Assembly (NCBI GenBank): GCA_040381555.1
Contig: JBEIHC010000004.1
Span: 1-47,200 of the forward strand
DNA: 47,200 bases
Source of the DNA: Bacteroidia bacterium
GTDB taxonomy: Bacteria > Bacteroidota > Bacteroidia > J057 > RFSG01
Direction of reading: 5' to 3'
The first letter of the stretch is position 1, and each line of letters opens with the position of its first letter. This document shows positions 19,801 to 29,007 of the stretch, piece by piece. The notes under the pieces were generated by a model that ran no database searches, had not been told where the DNA came from, and saw only the letters and a program-made list of their open reading frames with translations. The translations under genes were made by a program, and so were the position numbers.

Positions 19801-20876
19801 ACGGTTCCCCACTGTACATTAATAGAAGTTGTTCCCTGTCCTGAAGTAATATTTCCATTTGGGGTAAGCCAGTTATAAGTTGCTCCAGGAACCGCAACTG
19901 TTGTATAGCTCCCTGTACCATTGGGGCAGATATTCAAAGTGCCATTCAAAGGAGGGGGAGGAACAGAAGCGGCATTGACAACAACGGTATCGTCAAATGA
20001 TACATTGGTGCAACTGTAGGTAACCACGGCTCTATAGGAAGTTGTTACTTGGGGTGAAACATTGACGCTCGTACCATTTCCTACGGGAGTATTTCCTGGA
20101 AGGGCAAACCAACTAACGGTGTAAGATGCCGGACCTGAAGGAGTCCAGCGTCGCCCTTCATTTGAAGTTGTCCACTGAACATTATTTCTACCTGCCACAA
20201 CATCTGCAACCGTACCGTTAGGATGATGGAGGCCATGTACGGCATTCCCACTATTCCAAGTGGTACAAATAGGCTTATTCTGAATATGGGTTTCTATGAC
20301 ATTAGTTGTTTCGTATATGATAATCTGACTGGTGTACATTTGATTTGTACAGGAAAACATGGGTATATTTTGATAGGCCAATACAAATCTCCTGAATGGT
20401 GCTACCCCAGTTGTGTAGTAACGCACAGTGCCGCCAATTCCGGGATTGATGTCCTGCCAGGGTCCCATGATGGTTCCCCGGGGAGCATTACCGGTATTAC
20501 TCGGAATAGGTACTGTGACCCAAGTTGAAGTTTGTCCGGCAACAAAACCCAGCCAATTATTGGAACCAATGATACAGTTGGTATAACTGATCCCAAAAAA
20601 ACAGAAAGGAAAAGTAATGGGTATTAAACCCGATTGAGTATCATCAGTCAAAGAAACTGTAGTACCCCCGCTAAAAGGTCCCGGAGCATAAGGGATAACA
20701 CTTTGAGTATAAGCAGTCGGATCTCGGATATCCGTCACGGTAGCCGTAAGTGTGGTTGAACCGGGCAGACAAATGGTAACATCTGGCCCTGCACTAATCA
20801 TTGGCCCTTGAGCGGATAACTGCTTACAAATGAAACCAGCTAAACCCAAAAGGACATATAAAACATTTTTAAACAT
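16809..20876 (-). CDS. T9SS type B sorting (gliding-motility-associated CTD) adhesin-like protein with SprB, Ig-like and PKD domains
   Basis: 1355 aa. Signal peptide; four SprB-type repeats (VRCFGESNG, VTCPGGSDG, VRCFGEENG, PTCFKGNNG); PKD WTWEFGDG; C-terminal VPNAFSPNGDGIND..IFDRWG..WDG..GTY..LIR. Confidence 0.92.
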   Translation of the reverse strand: MFKNVLYVLLGLAGFICKQLSAQGPMISAGPDVTICLPGSTTLTATVTDIRDPTAYTQSVIPYAPGPFSGGTTVSLTDDTQSGLIPITFPFCFFGISYTNCIIGSNNWLGFVAGQTSTWVTVPIPSNTGNAPRGTIMGPWQDINPGIGGTVRYYTTGVAPFRRFVLAYQNIPMFSCTNQMYTSQIIIYETTNVIETHIQNKPICTTWNSGNAVHGLHHPNGTVADVVAGRNNVQWTTSNEGRRWTPSGPASYTVSWFALPGNTPVGNGTSVNVSPQVTTSYRAVVTYSCTNVSFDDTVVVNAASVPPPPLNGTLNICPNGTGSYTTVAVPGATYNWLTPNGNITSGQGTTSINVQWGTVPGKVIVQVGSGGCAATDSLTVNVYPPTVMNIFGSNSPYCLNSLPVTLTGSPAGGTFSGTGMSGSTFTPATAMAGTHTITYSIIDVNSCQNSYTIPIVVSPLIGNNTISPSQTICSGSAPNPLTGQIPIGGSGTYQYQWESSPDNINWIPIGGGNSPDYTSGNQSASTFFRRQVISGPCTDISNVILITVDPLIGSNTIQTNQSICNGQIPNGLTATVPQGGNGTYAYLWEESTDQLNWVSAAGLNSASNYNPPAIAITYYYRRIVSSGVCNPVTSNEIQVRVNPIPNVITTDATICFGQAASISASGNLPGGSYLWSPGAQTQGTISVTPTVSSTYDVTYTLDGCVSPIGQSVVTVNIPPPAVITPLGTTDLCPGATVTLSGPVAVSYTWSHDSNLNQQNVTVSQTGSYGLTFIDANGCISTCPPITVTVHTNPVVTSDSRDVRCFGESNGTLLSGVQQGTAPFVYSWMPGGYNTPQVTGVTAGNYTLTITDTYGCIGTSGVTVMEPPILSGLALLERNVTCPGGSDGAASVQANGGNGGYSYNWSNGQQGSQMINVPAGNYSVVITDSLGCTNTQNVLISEPAPLGISITTVPVRCFGEENGAATAVPSGGTAPYFYRWNSNPPQATPSAIQLGIGNYSVQVTDMNGCMISGSTQITQPDSLIARASQVDPTCFKGNNGTATASVTGGNGSYSYRWETEPVQGTATALNLLAGKYKVTVWDPKGCVDTSWARLTQPIPVPNPTVWGDTVCFDESARLNVAALPGAKIHWYEAQNAPYSFRISSAYETPKLKGTRFYFVEYEDSKGCRSIRLPIAAVVNNPPQAQFSVDRAKYEIPDAIAQFSVTSHTAGIASWTWEFGDGNIGSGKAPVHQYQDEGKYDVTLTVVDSAGCRHSITKSSFVEVNRFVNVIVPNAFSPNGDGINDYFNVQYRLIRTFEIKIFDRWGNQVYQSQDINFRWDGTVNGIPAPEGTYVFFVTGTTTTQEPVEVGGSFTLIR

Positions 20877-20899
20877 TTGAACGCATTTTTCTGAATTAA

Positions 20900-20907
20900 C
20901 AAATTTA
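20900..20907 (-). promoter_or_regulatory. -7 promoter element of the type B T9SS cargo gene
   Basis: TAAATTTG on the minus strand, an exact TAnnTTTG match, 23 nt before the ATG. Confidence 0.55.
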
Positions 20908-21091
20908 ATAAAGATTTAATAATTCATGTGGGGCATTGTCTCTGAATGGTAATTATTCAACCGCCAATGGGGCACTAAATGGTTCTGACATTTTTTCAGA
21001 TTTTTTCATTTGGATTAAACTTTGCTAAAAGACACTAAAAAATGAGTCAAATTCGTATTTCGAAAGCAAATCAACTTTTTAACTGATTGTT

Positions 21092-22555
21092 ATGAACTGG
21101 AAACAAATAATTTCATTCGGATTAACCGCAATGGCAGGCGGCTTGCTCGCAGTTGGCGTGTACAAAATGTCAGAGTCTCATTTCTCTTCCCAAGATTTTG
21201 CAGTTACCACTAACCCTAGGTTTGCAGCCTTGGATTCGGAAGGAAATGCCTTACCAGATTTCAGGCAGGTGGCTGGAATTACCCGACCTGCAGTAGTGCA
21301 TGTAAAAAGCAAACAAAACAAAGCTCCCCAATCATCCTCCCAACAAATTCCAGATCCGTTTAAGGATTTTTTTGGAGACAGAGGATTTCAGTTTGAAATG
21401 CCTGGTCAAAATATGCCCAGAGAAGGATCTGGCTCTGGAGTTCTGATTAGTGCAGACGGATACATTGTCACCAATAATCATGTGATTGAAGGGGCAGATG
21501 AATTGGAAGTTATTTTAAATGACAAAAGATCCTATTCTGCAAAAGTCGTAGGTGCAGATCCGTCCACAGATTTAGCACTGTTAAAAATCTCCGAAAAAGA
21601 TTTGCCTTATTTGTCTTTTGGAAATTCTGACGAGGTAGAGGTAGGCGAATGGGTACTTGCTATTGGCAATCCTTTTAATCTGACTTCGACTGTAACGGCA
21701 GGCATTGTAAGTGCAAAAGCCCGAAATTTGAACTTATTAAATGACAAATTCCGAATAGAATCTTTCATCCAAACGGATGCTGCCGTGAACCCTGGAAATA
21801 GTGGCGGTGCCTTGGTGAATTCACGAGGACAATTAATCGGAATCAATACAGCTATAGCCTCCCAAACAGGAAGTTATGCAGGGTATTCTTTTGCGGTGCC
21901 TTCTTTGATGGCCAATAAAGTAATGAATGACCTCAAGGAATTTGGTACGGTTCAAAGAGGATTTCTAGGAGTAAGCATCCGGGATGTAGATGCCCAGTTT
22001 GCGGAGTCAGAAGGACTTAAAGTACTAAAAGGAGTGTATGTTCAGGAAGTGAATGAAAATAGTGCTGCTCTTGCTGCAGGCTTGAAAAAAGGAGATGTCA
22101 TCACAGCAGTGGATGGCGTTCCGGTTGCTTCATCTTCAGAATTACAGGAACAAATTGGGCGACGCAGACCCGGGGATAAAGTGGGCTTAAAACTATTCAG
22201 AGGAGAGGAAGAAAAAACTTATTCAGTTACTTTGAAAAGTGTAACAGGCGAAACAGGGGTTGTGAAGAAAACCGATTATGAAATGGGAAGTTTGCTCGGT
22301 GCTGATTTCAGTTCCTGTACTGAACAAGAATTCAAAGATGCCGGCGTGAAAAGTGGCGTTAAAGTCAACAAACTGCGTGCGGGCAAATTACAATCCAGTG
22401 GTATGAAAGAAGGATTTATCATTACGGCAATCGATAAAAAGATGGTATATAAACCATCTGAAGTAGAAGCCATTTTAAGGTCCAAACAAGGCGGTGTACT
22501 GATAGAAGGAATCTATCCTGACGGCACCAAAGCTTACTACGCAATTGGATTGTAA
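21092..22555 (+). CDS. htrA: DegP/HtrA (Do family) periplasmic serine protease with two PDZ domains
   Basis: 487 aa. Triad motifs TNNHV, TDLAL and NPGNSGG; GSGSGV; PDZ motifs RGFLGV and GLKKGDVI. Confidence 0.93.
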   Translation: MNWKQIISFGLTAMAGGLLAVGVYKMSESHFSSQDFAVTTNPRFAALDSEGNALPDFRQVAGITRPAVVHVKSKQNKAPQSSSQQIPDPFKDFFGDRGFQFEMPGQNMPREGSGSGVLISADGYIVTNNHVIEGADELEVILNDKRSYSAKVVGADPSTDLALLKISEKDLPYLSFGNSDEVEVGEWVLAIGNPFNLTSTVTAGIVSAKARNLNLLNDKFRIESFIQTDAAVNPGNSGGALVNSRGQLIGINTAIASQTGSYAGYSFAVPSLMANKVMNDLKEFGTVQRGFLGVSIRDVDAQFAESEGLKVLKGVYVQEVNENSAALAAGLKKGDVITAVDGVPVASSSELQEQIGRRRPGDKVGLKLFRGEEEKTYSVTLKSVTGETGVVKKTDYEMGSLLGADFSSCTEQEFKDAGVKSGVKVNKLRAGKLQSSGMKEGFIITAIDKKMVYKPSEVEAILRSKQGGVLIEGIYPDGTKAYYAIGL

Positions 22556-22578
22556 GTAAATTTATTTATAAAAATTCG

Positions 22579-22612
22579 TATAACAGGCAGCTTACGCTGC
22601 CTGTTATATTTA
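22579..22612. terminator. Intrinsic terminator between convergent htrA and polA
   Basis: 13-bp stem TATAACAGGCAGC/GCTGCCTGTTATA (22579-22608) with a TTAC loop, followed by TTTT. Confidence 0.75.
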
Positions 22613-22712
22613 TATCCTTTACAGATAAAAGATTTAGGAAAAAATAGGCAGCAAGATAACTTTCCATAATTCAATGAATAAGGATACAAGCCCTTCTGTC
22701 TTCTTAGAATTA

Positions 22713-25520
22713 TTAATGTGCTTCGAGCCAATTAAGCCCTGACCCAACGCCGACCTCCAATGGAATAGAAAAAGGCAATGCCGTTTGCATTTCTCCCACT
22801 ACAATACCTTTTATTTCTTCCAGCTCTGGACGATACACATCAAACAATAGCTCATCATGTACTTGTAAGATCATCCTACTTTTAAATTGCCCAGCCTTCA
22901 ATTTTGCCTGGATTCGAATCATAGCAATCTTGATCATGTCAGCCGCAGTTCCTTGAATAGGAGAATTGATGGCATTGCGCTCAGCAAAACTTCGGATAGT
23001 GGCATTCTGAGAAGTTATGTCAGGCAGATATCTTTTTCTCCCAGACCAAGTTTGAGCATACCCCAAACTGCGTGCCTTCTCAATACTCGCATTCATATAA
23101 TTTTTGATGCCCGGATATTTTTCAAAATAGCTGTCAATAATTTCCTTCGCCTCTTTTCTGGATATCTTGAGTCTTTGAGAAAGACCAAATGCAGATATGC
23201 CATAAATAATTCCAAAGTTCACCATCTTTGCCTTGCTACGCATATCTGAATTGACCATAGACATGGGCACTCCAAATACTTTTGCCGCAGTAGCCTGATG
23301 AATATCTGCTCCGGAGTTAAAGGCTTCCAGCATTCCTGCATCTTGACTCAACTCTGCCATTATGCGTAGCTCAATCTGAGAGTAATCTGCGGAGAGTAAA
23401 ACAAATTCTTCATTTCTGGAGACAAATGCTTTACGCACTTCCCTGCCTTTCTCGGTTCGAATGGGAATATTTTGCAAATTGGGATTGTTCGAACTTAATC
23501 GGCCGGTTGCTGCAACAGCTTGAGAAAAGGTTGTATGCACTCGTTTTGTACGAGGATGAATTAATGCAGGCAATGCATCCACATAGGTTGCCTTTAATTT
23601 ATTGAGCTGCCGATACTCCAAAATTTTTGCTGGAAGTTCGTGAGACCAAGCAAGTTGAGTTAACACCTCTTCATTGGTAGAATACTGCCCTGTAGGGGTT
23701 TTCTTTCCTGTATCCAACTGAAGTTTTCCGAAAATAATATCTCCTAATTGTTTGGGAGAATTAATATTAAACTTCTCCCCTGCCTGATTCCAAATTTCTT
23801 CTTCTGCAACCTGAATTTGCTGAGCAAGTTCTTTTGAAAACTCTTGCAACCCCAGCTCATCTACCCGTATCCCTTCATACTCCATATCCAACAATACAGG
23901 CAACAAGGGCATTTCTATTTCCTTAAAAACATTCTCAACCTGAGTTTCCTGTAAGCCCTTATCGAGTGGAGTCTTTAACTGCAAAGTTATGTCGGCATCC
24001 TCGCATGCATAGGGCACAATTTCCTCCAAAGCCACGGAACGCATACTCAACTGAGATTTCCCTTTCTTTCCAATGAGGGCAGTGATTGAAACCGGATCAT
24101 ACGAAAGATACTGACGGGCTAATGCATCCATACCATGCTTCCCATCTGGATTTACGACATAATGAGCTAACATGGTATCGTACAAAGGTCCAACTACTTC
24201 AGTCTGATAATTCATCAATACCAATAAATCGTACTTTAGATTTTGCCCAACCTTGAGAATGGAAGACTGAAAGAATGGGGTGAATAAGCCCAAAACTTTC
24301 AGGCACTCTTCCCGCTTTTCCGGTAAGGGAACATACCAAGCCTTATGGAGTTCCCAAGAGAAAGACACCCCAACTAACTCTGCCTGCATGGCGTCAGTGG
24401 AAGTTGTTTCTGTATCCAGACAAACCATAGATTGCTGCAGAAGTTGACTCAACAATTCCAACATGGCAGCTTCCGTTTCTACGGCAACATATTCGACTGA
24501 GGCATTATCTAGGGAAGCAAAATTGGAATGAGTTTCTGAGGTAATTAATTCTGTAGTGGGTAATTCTTGTACAGGAAGAGAAAATAAATCCGGAGCACTG
24601 TTTTTTTTCTCTGAGACGGCAGAGCCTGGCCCATTTCCTCCTGGTACAGAATCTAATACTCGAACCGCAAGATTTCGAAATTCCAGCTCTTTGAATAATT
24701 CAATCAAAGCCTCTTTATCCGGTTCACACATCTTCAATGCTTCCGAATTAAACTCAATAGGAACATCCGTTTGGATTGTCGCTAATTTCTTAGACAACAG
24801 CCCCAAATCTGCATTGGCTTTTACACTCTCCCGAATGGCATTTTTGGTAATTTCATCTGAGCGACGAATGACTTCTTCCACGGAGCCAAAAGTGCGTATT
24901 AGTTCTAATGCGGTTTTATCTCCAACTTTTGGAATACCTGGGATATTATCGGAAGCATCTCCCTTTAGCCCCAATAGATCAATAATTTGTTCCGGGGGCA
25001 CTCCATATTTTTCAATCACCTTGGTCCGATCCAACACTTCAGGGCCAGATCCGAAAGAAGCCGGTTTGTAAATAAAAATATCATCTGTCACCAACTGAGC
25101 ATAATCCTTGTCGGGCGTCATCATATACACTTCAAATCCTTCCCTTTCAGCTTGCTGAGCCAGGGTACCTATGACATCATCTGCCTCAAATCCATCCATC
25201 AGCAATACAGGTATTTTGAGGGAATCGAGTAATTTTTGAATTAAGGGAATGGCAATCAAAATATCTTCAGGTACTTCCTGACGATGCGCTTTGTAGTCAG
25301 CAAAAGCATCATGTCGCATAGTTGGAGCTGCCGTATCAAATGCAACTCCGATATGCGAGGGTTTTTCCTTATTAAGCACCTCCAATAAACTATTGGTAAA
25401 ACCAAAAACAGCGGAGGTATTGAGCCCGGTTGAGGTAATTCTGGGATTTTTAACAAAAGCAAAATGAGCCCGATAAATTAGGGCTAAGGCATCTAACAAA
25501 AATAACTTTGGCTTGGACAT
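22713..25520 (-). CDS. polA: DNA polymerase I
   Basis: 935 aa. 5'-3' exonuclease (EADD, GDASDNIPG); 3'-5' exonuclease (DTET, NLKYD, YACED); polymerase motifs DYSQIELR, RSKAKMVNFGIIYG and QVHDEL. Confidence 0.98.
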   Translation of the reverse strand: MSKPKLFLLDALALIYRAHFAFVKNPRITSTGLNTSAVFGFTNSLLEVLNKEKPSHIGVAFDTAAPTMRHDAFADYKAHRQEVPEDILIAIPLIQKLLDSLKIPVLLMDGFEADDVIGTLAQQAEREGFEVYMMTPDKDYAQLVTDDIFIYKPASFGSGPEVLDRTKVIEKYGVPPEQIIDLLGLKGDASDNIPGIPKVGDKTALELIRTFGSVEEVIRRSDEITKNAIRESVKANADLGLLSKKLATIQTDVPIEFNSEALKMCEPDKEALIELFKELEFRNLAVRVLDSVPGGNGPGSAVSEKKNSAPDLFSLPVQELPTTELITSETHSNFASLDNASVEYVAVETEAAMLELLSQLLQQSMVCLDTETTSTDAMQAELVGVSFSWELHKAWYVPLPEKREECLKVLGLFTPFFQSSILKVGQNLKYDLLVLMNYQTEVVGPLYDTMLAHYVVNPDGKHGMDALARQYLSYDPVSITALIGKKGKSQLSMRSVALEEIVPYACEDADITLQLKTPLDKGLQETQVENVFKEIEMPLLPVLLDMEYEGIRVDELGLQEFSKELAQQIQVAEEEIWNQAGEKFNINSPKQLGDIIFGKLQLDTGKKTPTGQYSTNEEVLTQLAWSHELPAKILEYRQLNKLKATYVDALPALIHPRTKRVHTTFSQAVAATGRLSSNNPNLQNIPIRTEKGREVRKAFVSRNEEFVLLSADYSQIELRIMAELSQDAGMLEAFNSGADIHQATAAKVFGVPMSMVNSDMRSKAKMVNFGIIYGISAFGLSQRLKISRKEAKEIIDSYFEKYPGIKNYMNASIEKARSLGYAQTWSGRKRYLPDITSQNATIRSFAERNAINSPIQGTAADMIKIAMIRIQAKLKAGQFKSRMILQVHDELLFDVYRPELEEIKGIVVGEMQTALPFSIPLEVGVGSGLNWLEAH

Positions 25521-25525
25521 AAAGG

Positions 25526-25533
25526 CAAAAATA
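25526..25533 (-). promoter_or_regulatory. -7 promoter element of polA
   Basis: TATTTTTG (exact TAnnTTTG), only 5 nt before the ATG. Confidence 0.55.
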
Positions 25534-25706
25534 GAATGATAGTAAAGATACCGGAAATTTGACAGGATAAATCGGACAAAATTTGAGGAAAGTGAAGGGA
25601 AATAAGTCCTATTTTTTACTGAATCTTGAATCCGACTATACGCACTCTATGGTTTTCCTGTGAATAAATCGAATTCCGTTGTTGTACTTCTTTCTATTTT
25701 CGAGGC

Positions 25707-26378
25707 ATGTGTGGAAGATACACCTTAACAGTGAGTCCGGTAGAATTGGAAACTTGGTTTGGAGCCCAATCGGAAGGAGTCAAAATACTCCCAACCTGGA
25801 ATGCCTCTCCAGGACAGGATTTGCCCGTTTTATTAAAAACAGATCATGCCTGGTTTGCCCCTATGCGTTGGGGGTTTTCTATTCCTGCTGGCGGAGGGCA
25901 GTCCTTTATGATAAACGCGCGTTCGGAAACCGTTACAAGTAAAAGCACTTTTAAACATCTGGCCTCCGGATTTCGCTGCGTGATTCCAGCTACTGGATTT
26001 TTTGAATGGAAAAAAAGAGGCTCGGAGAAAATCCCCTACTACATCCATTTCCCCCACCTTCCCTTATATGGAATGGCGGGAATTTATAGGCCACAGACAT
26101 TGGATCAAGATGCGGCTTTTATTATTCTTACCACTGAACCCAAGGGAATTATTCGAACCTTACATGAAAGGATGCCCCTAATTTTAGACCAGGAGGGCGT
26201 GGAGGAATGGCTTCGAAATGGACAAGATCCAGAATTGCGGCTTAACCTAAGTGAACAATCTCGTGCATTTACGGCAGAAGCTTATTCTGTGAGTAGTCGG
26301 GTTAATCGAATTGCCAATAATGGGCCTGAATTGCTACGCCCCGAAGAGCATACTGCCCCCCTAACTCTTTTTGACTAG
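25707..26378 (+). CDS. SRAP/HMCES (YedK-like) abasic-site processing protein
   Basis: 223 aa. MCGRY with catalytic Cys2, MRWG, INARSET, GFFEW (Glu) and HERMP (His). Confidence 0.93.
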   Translation: MCGRYTLTVSPVELETWFGAQSEGVKILPTWNASPGQDLPVLLKTDHAWFAPMRWGFSIPAGGGQSFMINARSETVTSKSTFKHLASGFRCVIPATGFFEWKKRGSEKIPYYIHFPHLPLYGMAGIYRPQTLDQDAAFIILTTEPKGIIRTLHERMPLILDQEGVEEWLRNGQDPELRLNLSEQSRAFTAEAYSVSSRVNRIANNGPELLRPEEHTAPLTLFD

Positions 26379-26425
26379 CCCATTGAAAGAAAATGAGTTC
26401 TTAGTCTTCCTTAAAGCAGTAACCC

Positions 26426-27451
26426 CTATTTACAATGCTTTTTAATCCAAATCTTAGCTTCCTCGATGGGAGGATTTGCTTGAGCGGCTTCCTGCCAATC
26501 ATTGCAGGCATCCTGTTTGCGACCTTGATAAAAAACACTCAAGCCTTTATTAAATAAGGCTAAGGCTCTCTCCTCTGTATTCATATCTAAAGCCCGGATA
26601 TAATCCATTTCTGCAGGTTCATATTTTTTCTGAGCCAGTAAATAATAACCCCTACTCAGAAATAATCCGGCATCATCCACTTTCTTTAACAAAGCCGAAT
26701 CTAAGGCTCGAATAGCTCCCAAGGTGTCATTTATTTCAGCTCGAGCTTCTGATAAATTAACCCATAAAATAGGATCGTCCGGATATCGGGAAAGATATTG
26801 TGCATAGTCGTGAGCAGCACCAGGCATTTCCCCCATATCAAAACGCAAATTGGCTCTTTTGATTAGACACAGGGAATCTTTACCAGACAATTCTAAGCAC
26901 TTATCATAATCATGCAAAGCACTCTTACCGTCTAACTGAGCTTCCCGAAGTTGAGCTCTTATTTTCCAGCCAGCAGCCAAATCCGGGTTATTGGTGACCA
27001 TATCATCTGCGGTTAAAAGGGCAGATCTTTCTGAATTCTCCCGGATGAGCACCGCTATTTTAAATTCATACCCACTTATATCTCTCGGGTTTTGTAAAAT
27101 ATATCGGCTAACCTCTCGTAAAGCCATCTCTCTTTGACCGATACCTTCATATACTTCGGCACGCAACAAATAAACCGGGCTAAAATCAGGCTCTTTCAAT
27201 AGGGCTGTATCTAAATCTGACATGGCAGATTTAAGATCTCCTTTTAGTTGTTTCAGAATGGCGCGCTTGTAATAGCCTTTAGCCTTTTGAGGCTCAAGTT
27301 GCACTGCCCGATTGAGATAAAGCAATGCCGATTGATAATCTCCTTCTTCCATACGCCTAAATCCGGCATTGATATAAACGTCCTGATTCTGAGCATACAG
27401 TATCCCACTCAGGGTAAACAGACAGAAGATTATTTTAAACATGGCATTCAT
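26426..27451 (-). CDS. Tetratricopeptide-repeat protein with signal peptide
   Basis: 341 aa. Recurring ~34-aa helical units (A...Y.RA..L.P) and C-terminal QDACNDWQEA. Confidence 0.85.
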   Translation of the reverse strand: MNAMFKIIFCLFTLSGILYAQNQDVYINAGFRRMEEGDYQSALLYLNRAVQLEPQKAKGYYKRAILKQLKGDLKSAMSDLDTALLKEPDFSPVYLLRAEVYEGIGQREMALREVSRYILQNPRDISGYEFKIAVLIRENSERSALLTADDMVTNNPDLAAGWKIRAQLREAQLDGKSALHDYDKCLELSGKDSLCLIKRANLRFDMGEMPGAAHDYAQYLSRYPDDPILWVNLSEARAEINDTLGAIRALDSALLKKVDDAGLFLSRGYYLLAQKKYEPAEMDYIRALDMNTEERALALFNKGLSVFYQGRKQDACNDWQEAAQANPPIEEAKIWIKKHCK

Positions 27452-27520
27452 TTCTTGGAGGGTAAAGATACTTGGATTCGGGGAAATATCTGTTGGATTT
27501 AAGAATCGTGTTCATTCTAC

Positions 27521-28264
27521 TTACTTAGCGTTAAGGGAACGAAAATAGGTTTCTGTAAATCGATTATCCAACGAAAAATAGAACTGTACCGAAAGGAGTA
27601 CCTTTTTCCTTAAAACAGGATATTCATCTACCCAATGCCAAAACTCCTTGCTTCCAGAAAATAAGCGAGCAGAGAGGGCATTAAAATCATTTTCCAAAGA
27701 AGAAGCTGCCCAAGCATTGAGAAAACCTAAGGCTAACCATTCAGGTTCTATGGCCAATTGAGCAGAATCAAATGAAAAATAGTCTGCTTGCTGCCATTCC
27801 ATCCCTTCAGGCAGTAAGTTCTCCCACTCAGTATTATTAAAATAACGGGGATAATTATTCAGTAGAATACTAGATAATTCCCGATGGAAAACACTTTCTA
27901 GAAACTCAGGGGACCAATTCTTGGAAGAATCCGCAAATGCGAGCCAGATCCGATTATGTGTATAGGTACCCGGATAATAGTGCTCAAAAAAGATCAGATG
28001 CCGCACCAATAAGATTTCACTTAGGCTTTCTTTCAAAATATGCTCCGGGTACTTTCGAAGGCTGGATTCCAGTCGTCTAATCAAAGGATTTAGCTCATTT
28101 GCGAATATTGGCTCCACCTTCCCTTTGACTGGCTCTTTTCTCCATTGAACAGGAATTTTTGTTGCCGCTAGGCCATGGGTTATACCTATACCTGCCACTC
28201 GTTGATATTGAGCAGAAAGTATGATTGGAAACAGGAGGCATAATCCTACAATCAAAGCTTTCAT
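27521..28264 (-). CDS. Hypothetical exported protein with a degenerate zincin-like motif
   Basis: 247 aa. Signal peptide; GTY, FHRELSSIL and SSLENDFN. Confidence 0.55.
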   Translation of the reverse strand: MKALIVGLCLLFPIILSAQYQRVAGIGITHGLAATKIPVQWRKEPVKGKVEPIFANELNPLIRRLESSLRKYPEHILKESLSEILLVRHLIFFEHYYPGTYTHNRIWLAFADSSKNWSPEFLESVFHRELSSILLNNYPRYFNNTEWENLLPEGMEWQQADYFSFDSAQLAIEPEWLALGFLNAWAASSLENDFNALSARLFSGSKEFWHWVDEYPVLRKKVLLSVQFYFSLDNRFTETYFRSLNAK

Positions 28265-28363
28265 TCTTCTAAAATAATCAAAATTTCAGCAAAATCGTAA
28301 TTAAGAGCGCCAAAGTTCCGGAAACCGTATCTACCACAAGCAGGAAGTTTCTAATTTTACAGC

Positions 28364-28939
28364 ATGAACAAACTCTCTCTAATCTTGAATATCGTATTAC
28401 TCATTGCAGTAGCAGTCTTGTACTATCTTCACTTTAGTGCCAGCCCCATAGGAGTAAATTATTCCCTGCCTGCTAACTTGACGGGACAACCCGTTTTATA
28501 TTTAAATACAGATAGTTTATTAACGAATTATCAATTGTTTCAGGAATCCAAAGCCCAATTAGAGCAAGAGCAGGCGCGCCTCGAAGGAAGCATGCAATCA
28601 CAAGCTGCTAATTTAGAACGAGAAGTTATGGAATTTCAACAACAATATGGAGGCATGACGCAAAGCCAAGTGGATAAAAGAAAAGAAGAGCTTGGCAGAA
28701 AAGAAGAAAAACTGATGATGCTGAGGGAGCAATTAGCAGGTCAACTCATGGAACAGGAAAGTAAATTGAACAAGCAAATCTATGATTCCATCTATAACTT
28801 TTTACAACGCTATACAGCAGGAAAAAATGTCCAATATATTTTGGGGTATTCCCCCGGAGGATCTGTGCTGTATGCCAATGACAGCCTAGATATTACTACT
28901 CAGGTGGTGGAAGGTTTGAACCTAGAATTGAAAAAATAA
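28364..28939 (+). CDS. ompH: OmpH/Skp-family periplasmic chaperone
   Basis: 191 aa. N-terminal TM helix, YLNTDSLL, long Gln/Glu coiled coil, VLYA..LDIT. Confidence 0.88.
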   Translation: MNKLSLILNIVLLIAVAVLYYLHFSASPIGVNYSLPANLTGQPVLYLNTDSLLTNYQLFQESKAQLEQEQARLEGSMQSQAANLEREVMEFQQQYGGMTQSQVDKRKEELGRKEEKLMMLREQLAGQLMEQESKLNKQIYDSIYNFLQRYTAGKNVQYILGYSPGGSVLYANDSLDITTQVVEGLNLELKK

Positions 28940-29007
28940 GGTTGATTATCCTTAAAGCATTCGATTTCTCTTTGGCGGGATTTTATCAGCGCAACTGCTT
29001 TCTCTTT

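Noticed and set aside
16755-22608. Shared AACAGGCAG stem start in the terminators at 16758 and 22579 as a repeat family
   Set aside because: Only 9 bp are shared, loops and flanks differ, and two instances are compatible with chance.
25521-25706. LexA/SOS box in the polA-SRAP spacer
   Set aside because: No convincing palindrome is visible, and I have no reliable consensus for this lineage.
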